From Escherichia phage slur16, in sequence record NC_028248.1: 64,000 nt of DNA. The stretch is one strand, 5' to 3'. The first letter of the stretch is position 1; every line of letters begins with the position of its first letter. A program made the position numbers and the translations under genes. A model generated the notes under the pieces. The model did no database searches. It was given only the letters and a program-made list of their open reading frames with translations, and had not been told where the DNA came from. Below are positions 15,579-25,356 of the stretch, piece by piece.

Positions 15579-18500
15579 TTAACGAGAAAAGGTTGCGTAG
15601 GCTTCTAGACGATACTGCTGGTCACCAGGGAACATAACACCTATAGAGGCTGTCCCTAGAATCCTGCCTTCCTTTCCAGACTCCATTCTGAACCCTACCC
15701 ATCCTGAACTCCTTGCAGCCTCGATGTTGTCGCTATACCCGAAAGTGGCAAGATCGTCAACACCAGCCCCAAACAGCAACTGAAGCTGACTTCTCGGAAG
15801 CCCTATAATTTCAGGAATATACGCACCAAAGTACACCATCTGCCCTACCTTAGGACCGCTGCCGTACTCCATCGGTTTGCTTGTAGAGAAAGTCTTCATA
15901 CCAGAAGTACCTGCCGGATTAGGGTATGCCCCGTTTGTTGCTGTACCTATCCACATTCTCCACTGTGGTGCCATCTGTTTGACAGTAAAAGATGTTGAAG
16001 ACGTTTTGCGCCCTGCATCATCTGTAACTACAAACTTTATGGTGACATTCCCAGTAGCTTTAAATGTTACCAGTCCTGTGGTGGCATCCACTGTTGCAAT
16101 GTTGGTATTACTACTTTCCCAAGTCTTTCTAATCCCGGATACGTTGGAAGGGGTAATAGAAGGTTCCTGCATCTGCAGTTTACCACCCACAATCCCTATG
16201 CCGTTGCCCGGATTATACAGCACACCAACCTCGTCTATAATGTTCCCTGCTTTGAGACTATACTTCCTTGAGAAGTTGTAGGTTCCGTTATAAGTGTGTG
16301 TCCCTGAGAAGGTGACATCTGCCTTCCCGTAAGAGATGCAAACCAAAGCATACTTCCTGTCAGGCAACGTTTCTCCAGTCTCTGGGTGAGTTTTACCTAC
16401 CTGGAACACACTCGGGTCAGTAGAGTCGTGACTATCACTAACGGAGCTTGGACCGCCCATCAACTGTGACAAACAATTCCTTACCCATGTCCAGTTATTA
16501 TCGCTGGAGAAGTCCACAGTCAAATCAAACACAACCCACTCATTTGGCTTCCACACAGGTGTTGTAATGGACTTGCCTACACCACCTCCTTGGAGTGTTG
16601 CCGACTGTTCAGTGATCAGGGCCGCATAGGCCAGAGTTCCTAAACTCAAAGTCTGGCTTGCTGTCCTCACTACCTTAGAATCAGCATCTGTGAAGTTGTT
16701 GATGATCTGGAATGTGCCATAAGTGTTTTTACAGGTAATTCTGGCGTTCAGCGTGTCAATCTTCCTCACATCTGCCATAGCAGTGTTAGACACAGAGAAG
16801 TCAGAAGCTTTAGCTGAGTTTGCCGCAACAGCAGGATCAACGTTAAGAGTTGCGTTGAACTGACAGGCAGGGGTAACCAGCAGCTTGTTATCACCTATTT
16901 GCTTCCATGAAATACTTTGGACAGGTAGATTCCATTTAATGCCTGAGAAAACTTTAGCAACCCGTGGCCCCAAAGCTCCAGTCCTGTTGTCTTTACAGCA
17001 CATAGACATGGTGATCGTTGACGGAGTTGCCTGACCAAATAATTGCTGTGCTTTTGCAGAGGACATAGTGTAGAAATTGTCCTTAACAAACTCATCAGCA
17101 GCTAAAGATCCATCAGCTCTCCACCACTGAACCTGGTACCCTGTTTTGTCCCAACCACCGACCTGCTTCAAGTCCTCCCAGGAGATTTCTAGATCCCCAG
17201 TGGTAGGGTTGATTGCAGCAGTTCCCGGTGTTCCGGGTGACCACAATGGAATATCGAACCACGCTGGTTTAACCGACTGCACTGCGCTGGGACCTATTGC
17301 GGCAGCAAGTTGCTGGCCCATCAATACGCGAGCATCTTTCACCAGACCCCACTCGATCATAGACCCAGAGTAACCTTCTTTCTTGTAGGCTGAGGATCCG
17401 TTCAAATGGATGAGTCGGCTTGTGCCAAAGTTATGTGCTCCACCACCGTTGTCGTCTGCAAAATTGGTTATGATTCTATCCCTGATATTTTTCCATGCCC
17501 TGCCCCCAATCTCATAGTCATGGTCATAACATCTTTGCAGTGTTGTCCAGCAAATGATCGCCATCCTTCTACCATCGCTGAATCCAAAGGCCTGATCGTT
17601 AAGCTCTCTCCACAAGTAGCAGTTAGTGGTCCACATGGCCCTATGAATGTTAAACCAGTTTATAGATTTGGCTGAGTTGTCCCACTGAGTCCCAGGTAAT
17701 TCAGGCCATACTGCATTAACCAGCATGTCTTCTGTTCCTGCATCAACCAAGAACCCTCTTACCTTCTTACCCATGCCTACCCTATCTTTTGCAATCCAAC
17801 TGCCAAACAATCTCAGTTTTGGACCATAGACAACATCTTCCGGATGCTCAAAAGAAATATATTTTAGGTATATTGTAGGGTCACCATAGGTGCCATCACA
17901 AACAGCTTTGTGCATGTTCTCGCCAAGGTCTAGACGAAGTCCTGTTACAACTTTAGATGTGTCGGTGAATTTGTCTGTTAAATCAAACTCATACCACCAC
18001 CAACCTGCACCCAACAATACTTTCTTACAACGCTGTGCATCTGTATCAGATATTCTCTTATCACCTGCAAAAGGCGAGTCAGCAAACTGATAGTGCAGAG
18101 CAATCTCAAAAGGATGTGTGGATGTCCCGTTTTCTGCAAGAACTTGTTTACCTATTAAGTCGCACTTAATGATCATCACAACACGTTTGTACCCGTTTGT
18201 TACCGGAATTTGCATAGACATGGATGTCCCGTCCATGTTTGATCTCAGTGCAGTCATGATGATATAAGGGTCAACGGCATTGCCCAGAGTCTCAGGACCG
18301 GGGATTATCTTATACTTCTTGACCTGCCCCATGATGTAGTCACTGGCGTAAGTTGCCTCATTCAAGCAAGATCCTCCACCAGGTAACTCACCAGGTCCCC
18401 AGAAAAATGCGCCGTAACAGTTGTAGAACCACTTGTTAGGATCGTATTTATTCTTGAAGGTCTGAACCTCGTTGGCCTGTTTTGTCAAGAAAACCTGCGT

Positions 18501-21215
18501 ATCTGTGAAGATTGCAGGGTTTACTCTCGCCTGACGTGGAGGGTATCCTGTTGATTGGTTAAACCACTGATTACAAGAGTAATCCCTCATATAGTCATAA
18601 TCAGAGTATTTGTTTGCATCCTCGTTCCAACACATGTTCAGGTTGGTACCACCCATGCATACAATATATTCTGCGACATACTTATCACTTCTGGTAGGAA
18701 TACCTATGAACCATCTGTTAACAGGTTCATCCCAAGCTGTGCGCTCATCTTTAACGCAGATAGCAATCCAGTCATGTGTTCCTGTTTTCTTGCACACATC
18801 TCGCTTCATACCATAGTAGAACTCTTTAGTATTCGGCTCAGGTGCATTTATCAGGTAACTCCATGCCTGATTTGCATAAGTTCCATTGGTGCGTGGATCA
18901 TGATCAAAGGCATACATGATGATCCTTTCCCCACCAAGATGTTCGCCAAGAGTAACTTTGACATTCACATCGCCGTAACCATTGCGAACAACATCCATAT
19001 TATCAATAGAGATACCTCTGGGCGTGTAGGCAATTTTCAGCGAGTTATCTTCACTAGTGCCGCCAAGTGTAATCCCTATGTTGTTTGTTGTCCCGTCGAC
19101 ATATCTTACTGTAGCTTCCCAACGTATTCCGAAATATCCTGCATCATGGCTGACAATTTTCAGTGTACGAGCCCCAGAGTTAGGTTTTCCAGGATCAGGC
19201 CAAGGATCTGGATGTTCATGGACAGTCAACGATGTTCCGTTTTGCTCGTTGACCTGCAACATTTTACCGCCTCTGCCGTTAGGGTTGAACTCCCACAAGG
19301 CTTGTGTTTTCACAACATTGTCATACGTGGTACGTCTCTGATCGTAGATCTCTTGAGTCACATCGTAGGTTACAGACCCGGCATCCATTCTATGGAGTCG
19401 TACCATATACGATGTATCGCCTTCTACAACAGGTTGAGCTGCGTTAAGCCCGAAGTATACAGTATCGTTGACATGGAACTGTTTGTTTCTACCGACAGTA
19501 TGCCACTTGCCGTTGGACGGATACGCAGGAACTATGGTGTTCCAGTTCAAAGTTCTTGTCGTATGGGTTCTGCCTGTGCCATGCTTGTCATGATAGGTTA
19601 TTTTTACAGAGTACAGGCCACGTCTGTTAACATTTCTGTTATACTGGGTAACAACAACTTCGTTGGCCCCACCGTGGTTCCAGTTGGTGGAGAATTGGTA
19701 ATTTGCATCTGTAACAACCGTACCTGCAGCATTTACCAACTCAATCTTGTCAATAATGAACGTAGCCCCCTCTGGCTGAGGCTTCAATTTCATCTTGACC
19801 GTGTCACCAATGTAGATATTGCTAACACTACTAACACCATTAACGTCGAAAATATCATCAACGCCCCAACTGTCTACTGGGACATTTTTATACCAATTCT
19901 CAGGAACCTCTGTGAACCCCTGACTATTAAGTCTGCCGCCAAACAGGTTATTAGAGCCTGCAAAACTTCCCCTTGGGATGCCTGACCACCAAAGTTTGCC
20001 ATTAACAACAGTAAAGGTCCCTAAGAAACCTTCTCTGTGGATACCCTGGAAATAAACACTTTCTGTCCAGCTTACTGGCATCCGTTGCTCGACGTATTTA
20101 GCCGTAGCCAGAGCCTGATAGTGAATAAAATTAGCCCTAGGACTGTTGTTTGCAGATTGTGCACCAATATCATTGCACAGATTGCGAGAGAAGCCACGAT
20201 ACTGTTTGGTGCCATTATTGAAGAAAATGCCACTTGTGCCGTATCCACGAGCCATTATCACCTCATGGGTGTAGGTGATATTTAAGGAACGCCATGTGTC
20301 ATCTCCCCAGACGTCTTGCCCGTAGAATACGTTAACAAGCTGTTGGTCATCAGGTTTGTGCATCCTTTCTGTGGCTATAATTGCACCATTAGGTCCACAC
20401 ATAAACCCTTTCCACTCCTCATCTGCAGGAATGCCCCTCAAATCGTTACGAGTAATCTGCACAGGAGGCCAAACAAGGTCGTTTCTACTGTTATTTCTCA
20501 GAAAGTCGTATCCAGCAATCCAGAAACCTCTAGGACCACCGAAAATAACAGAGTTGTCATGCACCTCGCAGTTGATGCTTGGGTTTTTCCAAGGACCTGT
20601 TTCAGGATTTTCCGATGTCTCACCAATCTTTACAGGGGTTGCATGCTGATTTTTGTCAACATGAAGAGAGCCGTAAGTATTATTGCCAGAGCCGTACAGG
20701 TGAAGCATACCATCAGCCTCTGGTGCAGCAATTACCCACACTGTATTGTTTACGCCACCCATTACTTCAACAAGTCTCTCAGGATGGGTGTCCAAATGCA
20801 ACCCTGTTACGATCTGTTCCGGCAAAGGTGTCCACTCTCTGACACAAACATCGTTTCCACCTGCTGCCTCCGATCCGATAAGACCAGCTGTGCAACCAAT
20901 ATAGAAAAATTTATTATCGAATGTGCGGATTACAAATGCACGGTCAGCTCTCCAAACATGGTCTACGTTCCAAGCTGCCTCATTAGGATAGTTTATTGTA
21001 TCAAGATCTCCAGTCCGACACTCTCCGAACCTATTATAGCCAGTAATATTAAGCTGACCATCATCAAAAAGTATAGCTAAGCTATTTACATAGGATACTG
21101 TGTTGCTTGTACCATCACTGTTGTCTATTGGGTATGACAGAACAGCAAGTTCCTTAATTCCACCCCTCTTATCGAGGAAATGACGACCAAGTTTTAGCAA
21201 AGGGATTGGAAGCAT
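15579..21215 (-). CDS. giant virion-associated protein (1878 aa) with Big_2-like Ig domain; probable fibre/adhesin
   Basis: Uninterrupted 5.6-kb ORF. C-terminal segment TWESSNTNIATVDATTGLVTFKATGNVTIKFVVTDDAGRKTSSTSFTV resembles bacterial Ig-like group 2. N-terminus has RCC1/beta-propeller-like Gly-rich repeats. Sits at the distal end of the tail-fibre cluster. Confidence 0.6.
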   Translation of the reverse strand: MLPIPLLKLGRHFLDKRGGIKELAVLSYPIDNSDGTSNTVSYVNSLAILFDDGQLNITGYNRFGECRTGDLDTINYPNEAAWNVDHVWRADRAFVIRTFDNKFFYIGCTAGLIGSEAAGGNDVCVREWTPLPEQIVTGLHLDTHPERLVEVMGGVNNTVWVIAAPEADGMLHLYGSGNNTYGSLHVDKNQHATPVKIGETSENPETGPWKNPSINCEVHDNSVIFGGPRGFWIAGYDFLRNNSRNDLVWPPVQITRNDLRGIPADEEWKGFMCGPNGAIIATERMHKPDDQQLVNVFYGQDVWGDDTWRSLNITYTHEVIMARGYGTSGIFFNNGTKQYRGFSRNLCNDIGAQSANNSPRANFIHYQALATAKYVEQRMPVSWTESVYFQGIHREGFLGTFTVVNGKLWWSGIPRGSFAGSNNLFGGRLNSQGFTEVPENWYKNVPVDSWGVDDIFDVNGVSSVSNIYIGDTVKMKLKPQPEGATFIIDKIELVNAAGTVVTDANYQFSTNWNHGGANEVVVTQYNRNVNRRGLYSVKITYHDKHGTGRTHTTRTLNWNTIVPAYPSNGKWHTVGRNKQFHVNDTVYFGLNAAQPVVEGDTSYMVRLHRMDAGSVTYDVTQEIYDQRRTTYDNVVKTQALWEFNPNGRGGKMLQVNEQNGTSLTVHEHPDPWPDPGKPNSGARTLKIVSHDAGYFGIRWEATVRYVDGTTNNIGITLGGTSEDNSLKIAYTPRGISIDNMDVVRNGYGDVNVKVTLGEHLGGERIIMYAFDHDPRTNGTYANQAWSYLINAPEPNTKEFYYGMKRDVCKKTGTHDWIAICVKDERTAWDEPVNRWFIGIPTRSDKYVAEYIVCMGGTNLNMCWNEDANKYSDYDYMRDYSCNQWFNQSTGYPPRQARVNPAIFTDTQVFLTKQANEVQTFKNKYDPNKWFYNCYGAFFWGPGELPGGGSCLNEATYASDYIMGQVKKYKIIPGPETLGNAVDPYIIMTALRSNMDGTSMSMQIPVTNGYKRVVMIIKCDLIGKQVLAENGTSTHPFEIALHYQFADSPFAGDKRISDTDAQRCKKVLLGAGWWWYEFDLTDKFTDTSKVVTGLRLDLGENMHKAVCDGTYGDPTIYLKYISFEHPEDVVYGPKLRLFGSWIAKDRVGMGKKVRGFLVDAGTEDMLVNAVWPELPGTQWDNSAKSINWFNIHRAMWTTNCYLWRELNDQAFGFSDGRRMAIICWTTLQRCYDHDYEIGGRAWKNIRDRIITNFADDNGGGAHNFGTSRLIHLNGSSAYKKEGYSGSMIEWGLVKDARVLMGQQLAAAIGPSAVQSVKPAWFDIPLWSPGTPGTAAINPTTGDLEISWEDLKQVGGWDKTGYQVQWWRADGSLAADEFVKDNFYTMSSAKAQQLFGQATPSTITMSMCCKDNRTGALGPRVAKVFSGIKWNLPVQSISWKQIGDNKLLVTPACQFNATLNVDPAVAANSAKASDFSVSNTAMADVRKIDTLNARITCKNTYGTFQIINNFTDADSKVVRTASQTLSLGTLAYAALITEQSATLQGGGVGKSITTPVWKPNEWVVFDLTVDFSSDNNWTWVRNCLSQLMGGPSSVSDSHDSTDPSVFQVGKTHPETGETLPDRKYALVCISYGKADVTFSGTHTYNGTYNFSRKYSLKAGNIIDEVGVLYNPGNGIGIVGGKLQMQEPSITPSNVSGIRKTWESSNTNIATVDATTGLVTFKATGNVTIKFVVTDDAGRKTSSTSFTVKQMAPQWRMWIGTATNGAYPNPAGTSGMKTFSTSKPMEYGSGPKVGQMVYFGAYIPEIIGLPRSQLQLLFGAGVDDLATFGYSDNIEAARSSGWVGFRMESGKEGRILGTASIGVMFPGDQQYRLEAYATFSR

Positions 21216-21223
21216 TGTGTTCT

Positions 21224-21256
21224 CCAGATAAGAAAACCGCCCCGTCAGGAGCGGTT
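21224..21256 (-). terminator. rho-independent terminator candidate
   Basis: AACCGC...GCGGTT hairpin, followed on the minus transcript by UUUUCUU; between genes ending at 21266 and starting at 21215. Confidence 0.45.
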
Positions 21257-21265
21257 AGATATATA

Positions 21266-23011
21266 TTAACGTTGTGCAATTACTACGTCTACGATATCAC
21301 CAACACCACAATATGTTAATTGCAGCAAGGTAACACTATTAGCCTTGTTATTAATAACAGGCGTTGCCGACAGGATAGCATACTTATCGTGCAAAGTCAC
21401 GTTGTGACCTACAGCATCCTGAATGACATAGATAACCGCAGTGAATGGATAAGGTTTATCTTCCGCTGATGTACCAGGCCATTGTCCTATTGTAAAATCC
21501 CCTTTCGCGTGGACAACATACATACTGGCCTGCCCGTTAGGTGTCCATGTCCCACTGGACGCGTCAACCTCCTCTAAATCAAAATCTACCTTTCCTGCGT
21601 GGAAAGTAGGGGCAGTAATGGTTTTACCCGCCTCAATTTCTTGAGAGGTGGTTATCTTGCCACTGGAGTTAATGCCATTACAAACAAAGTTGACATTAGA
21701 GAAGTCTGGCAGCCACCCAGTCACTGTGCCGGATATTTCAAGGTTGTGAAGGTAGGTGGTGCCCGTCCCTGCTGCGTTTAAACTAACATCTCCATTTACC
21801 TGCAAGTTTCTGGTAACGTTGCAGTTTTCAGAGTTTGCAGTTGTTGCAGTTAAAGTAGTGGTTGTCAGCTCGGTAATTACACCTTTGTTGGCTGTAAGCC
21901 CTTCCCCTTCAAAAGTTGCACGCTCATTGACTCTTAGGGTATTCAGAGCTATGTTTTGGATAGAGGCTGTACCTCGAACAACTACAGATCCGCCAACTTC
22001 TAAATCACCATTTATTAATGCGTCCCCCGTGCTTTCAATATAGCTAGGGTAAATCATGGTGCCATCGACAGAGTAGGTTATCCCTGTAACAGTGCCTGTC
22101 ACCTCAAGGTTCTTAACCCTGGTGGTTCCATCTACCTGCAATGTCGGTTCGGTTGCTGCCTTCATGGCATTACCACGAATGTACACGTAGTCAAAAAAGT
22201 TATTACCTAGACCATCAAAATGCACATCGTTATTATTAGCCACTGGTTTCCCAGAAGTTATAGTGTCAGCTATAACCCTGTGGGTGGACACTTCATGAGG
22301 TTGCAGCTCTGTGCTTCTCCAGTCTGCATGCTTAGGATCACTCCACGCAAAAGTAAGTGTAGAAGTATTTGCCGTGAGGATTAGGTTCCTGAAGCGTGCA
22401 GTAGAATCTGCTCCATTAACAGGCCCATGTAAGGTGAGTGTGCCACCAACTATAGTGTTAGCAAGTTCTGTAAGACCTTTTACCACCAAAGACCCTACAG
22501 TAACTTTCATTCCCTCCATGGCTTCAAATATGCTATCCACATAGTCAACAACAAACTCTGTGTTTGCTATAGACTCGGATTTGTCGTCCATTGGAGGCGT
22601 AGGTACTCGCGGGTCACCTTCGAACCTCGGACTGTTAAGTTTTGCGTAGTATTTTGCCATTACTGCAGAGTCGGTATATAATCTCCAGTTTGGAGATTGT
22701 GAAGGATCTGCTGGCATTCTAACCGGGTTAGATTTTGATGCTGCGGGAGCGTACCACCACTGAGGGCCTGTGTCCCCTTTAAACTCGTACAGCTGGTTAA
22801 AAACTGTTGTGGATGCACCATACGCCCAAGGGATCGGTGGCGTTTTAAAATAAAGGTTGTCAAGCATGGCTTTTCGTACCGTAGGGATGGTGGTCCCATC
22901 CTCTACGACAACTTCATCCACAGCGTTACCGTTGACAACCAAGTGCAAACGTTCAGAATCAACAATTACTTGATCTACCGCCTGCTCAAAGCTTGTCATG
23001 TCTTGCGCCAT
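21266..23011 (-). CDS. putative tail fibre protein
   Basis: 581-aa ORF rich in Thr/Gly/Asn beta-type repeats (TGTVTGITYSVDGT, LTANKGVITELTTTTLTATTANS), within the fibre cluster. Confidence 0.5.
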   Translation of the reverse strand: MAQDMTSFEQAVDQVIVDSERLHLVVNGNAVDEVVVEDGTTIPTVRKAMLDNLYFKTPPIPWAYGASTTVFNQLYEFKGDTGPQWWYAPAASKSNPVRMPADPSQSPNWRLYTDSAVMAKYYAKLNSPRFEGDPRVPTPPMDDKSESIANTEFVVDYVDSIFEAMEGMKVTVGSLVVKGLTELANTIVGGTLTLHGPVNGADSTARFRNLILTANTSTLTFAWSDPKHADWRSTELQPHEVSTHRVIADTITSGKPVANNNDVHFDGLGNNFFDYVYIRGNAMKAATEPTLQVDGTTRVKNLEVTGTVTGITYSVDGTMIYPSYIESTGDALINGDLEVGGSVVVRGTASIQNIALNTLRVNERATFEGEGLTANKGVITELTTTTLTATTANSENCNVTRNLQVNGDVSLNAAGTGTTYLHNLEISGTVTGWLPDFSNVNFVCNGINSSGKITTSQEIEAGKTITAPTFHAGKVDFDLEEVDASSGTWTPNGQASMYVVHAKGDFTIGQWPGTSAEDKPYPFTAVIYVIQDAVGHNVTLHDKYAILSATPVINNKANSVTLLQLTYCGVGDIVDVVIAQR

Positions 23012-23020
23012 GATTTCTCC

Positions 23021-23287
23021 TTAAGCTTTTTGCTCTTCGTTTTTAACGTGGTCAGGGTGCTGGCAACCCCACCGGAGCGAGATGAATTTGCTAATAAGCT
23101 GGGGGCAAGCTACTGAAGGCGCGTATATCCACGCATACCATTCAGGAAGCGTATCATTATACCCCATATGAATAAACACCCCAGTCATCACCGCCATGCC
23201 TATGTTTGACCATAGCTTAGATTGGGACACTTTCGTAGGGTCATCAGATGCCGCAACCAGTCCCCATAAAAACTGAGTTAGTTTCAT
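23021..23287 (-). CDS. small membrane protein (holin-like candidate)
   Basis: 88 aa with two or three hydrophobic helices (FLWGLVAA, WSNIGMAVMTGVFIHMG, WYAWIYAPSVA) and a charged C-terminus. Confidence 0.35.
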   Translation of the reverse strand: MKLTQFLWGLVAASDDPTKVSQSKLWSNIGMAVMTGVFIHMGYNDTLPEWYAWIYAPSVACPQLISKFISLRWGCQHPDHVKNEEQKA

Positions 23288-23298
23288 TTACCCTCTTT

Positions 23299-24345
23299 TT
23301 AAGCATAAGATATAGTGATCCATTGACCATTTACAAGTTTTTGGATAGCACCTGTCCAGTAATCACCTTGATAAGGGTGTTTATAAGCGTAGTTACCAGA
23401 GCACATCACATGTCCAGGGTAGACTCTTGACTCTCTGTAGGTGGTTTTAAAACGGTTTGCTATCCTTACATCATCAACCCCTCTGCTAGGCATAGGGATA
23501 GTAAGGTTACCGCTACTGTCTGCGCCGTTACCATTTACCCTGCGGACCACGTTTCTTCCACCAACTGTTGCATATTGGCCCCTGACGGTTTCATCGTTAC
23601 AATCAACTCTTCCACCTATTTGAGCGCTTCCGCAGGATTGTTGTCCATTAACAGTGGCTCTTGGTATCGTGACCGCATTGGCATTTGCAGAGGAACTTTT
23701 TGCATCGTTGCATTCAAGATTTCCTTGGATAGCCAGTCTTGCACGGTTGGCAGTTATAGCATTGAGCTTCATAGCTGAAAACACAGGCTGCCCACCAGAA
23801 GGTTGAAATCTCCAACGGAACCCATCTATTTGGTGAGAAGGATCATCAAGGTCTGTGCCGTCAGCACCACCGATGTTGTCCATAATCCAGAAATCCATCG
23901 TCGTCTTGTCTGGAGTTATGGTGGTATATATTGCCGCACTGTCTGTTGACGCAGATGCAAACTCGATTCTTTGAAGACCTAAAGTTTGAGTCTGAGTCAT
24001 TATGTCTCCAGACTTGTCAACATATAGATCGTCCATTTCTTCAGGTGAGTATACATTGAGAACTTGACGTGCAGCAGCTTTGTCTGGAACGTCTGCTAGA
24101 TTATTAGTGACCCTTAAGAATCTATTATCCCATCCTGGGACAACATCTTCTGTTAAATGCTTCAACCACGCAGAAAGCATGTGAAGTTCAAAGTTAACAA
24201 CTTCACATGCCATTCTTTGTGTCATATCCCAACCTTTCAATCTCTCTTCTTTTTTTGGTTGAGATTTATTCAACTCTCCCGTATTTTCAAGCACAACATC
24301 CTGATTGGCCCAAATATCAAGAGGGATAACTGGTTTAGTCATCAC
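23299..24345 (-). CDS. tail fibre protein, paralog A
   Basis: 348 aa; N-terminus MMTKPVIPLDIWANQDVVLENTGE and C-terminus QKLVNGQWITISYA are homologous to 25357..26397. Confidence 0.55.
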   Translation of the reverse strand: MMTKPVIPLDIWANQDVVLENTGELNKSQPKKEERLKGWDMTQRMACEVVNFELHMLSAWLKHLTEDVVPGWDNRFLRVTNNLADVPDKAAARQVLNVYSPEEMDDLYVDKSGDIMTQTQTLGLQRIEFASASTDSAAIYTTITPDKTTMDFWIMDNIGGADGTDLDDPSHQIDGFRWRFQPSGGQPVFSAMKLNAITANRARLAIQGNLECNDAKSSSANANAVTIPRATVNGQQSCGSAQIGGRVDCNDETVRGQYATVGGRNVVRRVNGNGADSSGNLTIPMPSRGVDDVRIANRFKTTYRESRVYPGHVMCSGNYAYKHPYQGDYWTGAIQKLVNGQWITISYA

Positions 24346-24431
24346 GTTCTCCTGAGAAAATTCCTTAGGACTATTTTAACACTTTAGAGAACAAAATGCA
24401 AGAACGGAGTCCTTTCCGTTCTGACCTTTGT

Positions 24432-24746
24432 TTACCTTTTACTATGCTCTACGAGCATGTGCAAAATCTTTTGTACATCAGCTCGGATGCCGGAGACATC
24501 TGTCCTGACATCCTGCTTAAGGTCGTTAATATCGGCCTCTAGCTTGCTTAACCGAGTCTCGATAACGGAATCAAGTCTATCTTTTGTAACCATACTGTTT
24601 TTCACTAAGATGAGGTCTTTCTCCAGCTCATCCAACCTCTTGGAAATGCCTTTCCATTTGGTGTGCCACTGGTTGAAAGCCCATACACAGATCGGGACAA
24701 CGGTACCCATGCAGATACCGTACAATGCCGCCAAATCCAACTCCAC
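24432..24746 (-). CDS. membrane-anchored coiled-coil protein
   Basis: 104 aa; N-terminal hydrophobic helix (LAALYGICMGTVVPICVWAF) then a heptad-like charged region. Confidence 0.35.
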   Translation of the reverse strand: MELDLAALYGICMGTVVPICVWAFNQWHTKWKGISKRLDELEKDLILVKNSMVTKDRLDSVIETRLSKLEADINDLKQDVRTDVSGIRADVQKILHMLVEHSKR

Positions 24747-24757
24747 AACACCTCCTC

Positions 24758-25342
24758 TTAGAGGGTAGGTCGCTCCGGGAAGAAAATGTCAGGGGCTTTA
24801 GATGTATCTATTTCAAGAAGTTTTACCCTGTACATTTTCAAATCTCTGATGTTACGTTTCTGGTCATCAGTAAGATCATATTCAAGGTCAATCATGTCTT
24901 GATAGGCACCAATTCTAGCAGTAGCCCAAGCAAGTTCTGTCTCTATGACACCCTCTGCCTGTTGAACAAAGAATTCATTGTCTGTGACAAATCCATCACC
25001 AACTAAACGCAAAGCGTCGTGGTGAAGCATAATGTTTTCTGGTACCTCTTCTTTTTTGGCGATAACCACACGAAGACCTGGAGCAGGCCATAAGGCATCA
25101 GGTTCTTCTGTAGATGTCTTAAGAATTCCCTTCTCGTCAACAAGCAGGAAGATACAACCTGGATTTTCTTGTCGTAATGTTCGTGACTGCACATACCAAT
25201 CGCCATCATCATTACGTAAAAAATACCCGGTGTATGCGGTGTAATCCTCAACCTCTTGAGGGGTCAGCTCTTTGGTTTCCTTGTTGGCGTGGTATTCGCC
25301 AGATCCCGGTTGGTAAAGTTTAAACTCTTGAAGTATTTTCAT
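24758..25342 (-). CDS. tail fibre assembly chaperone (Tfa-like)
   Basis: 194 aa; C-terminal DDQKRNIRDLKMYRVKLLEIDTSKAPDIFFPERP resembles the conserved C-terminal motif of Tfa/gpG-type chaperones; sits directly downstream of a fibre gene. Confidence 0.5.
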   Translation of the reverse strand: MKILQEFKLYQPGSGEYHANKETKELTPQEVEDYTAYTGYFLRNDDGDWYVQSRTLRQENPGCIFLLVDEKGILKTSTEEPDALWPAPGLRVVIAKKEEVPENIMLHHDALRLVGDGFVTDNEFFVQQAEGVIETELAWATARIGAYQDMIDLEYDLTDDQKRNIRDLKMYRVKLLEIDTSKAPDIFFPERPTL

Positions 25343-25356
25343 GCTAGTCCTCCGAT

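Noticed and set aside
18555-19985. 476-aa plus-strand ORF, plus other long plus-strand ORFs such as 20316-21080, 32921-33508, 38803-39315 and 51504-52328
   Set aside because: All lie antisense and fully inside long minus-strand structural genes, have low-complexity translations and no RBS or start context; treated as six-frame artefacts.
24405-24422. AACGGA-gtcctt-TCCGTT hairpin after gene 24432-24746
   Set aside because: Short stem and weak downstream U-run; insufficient to call a terminator.
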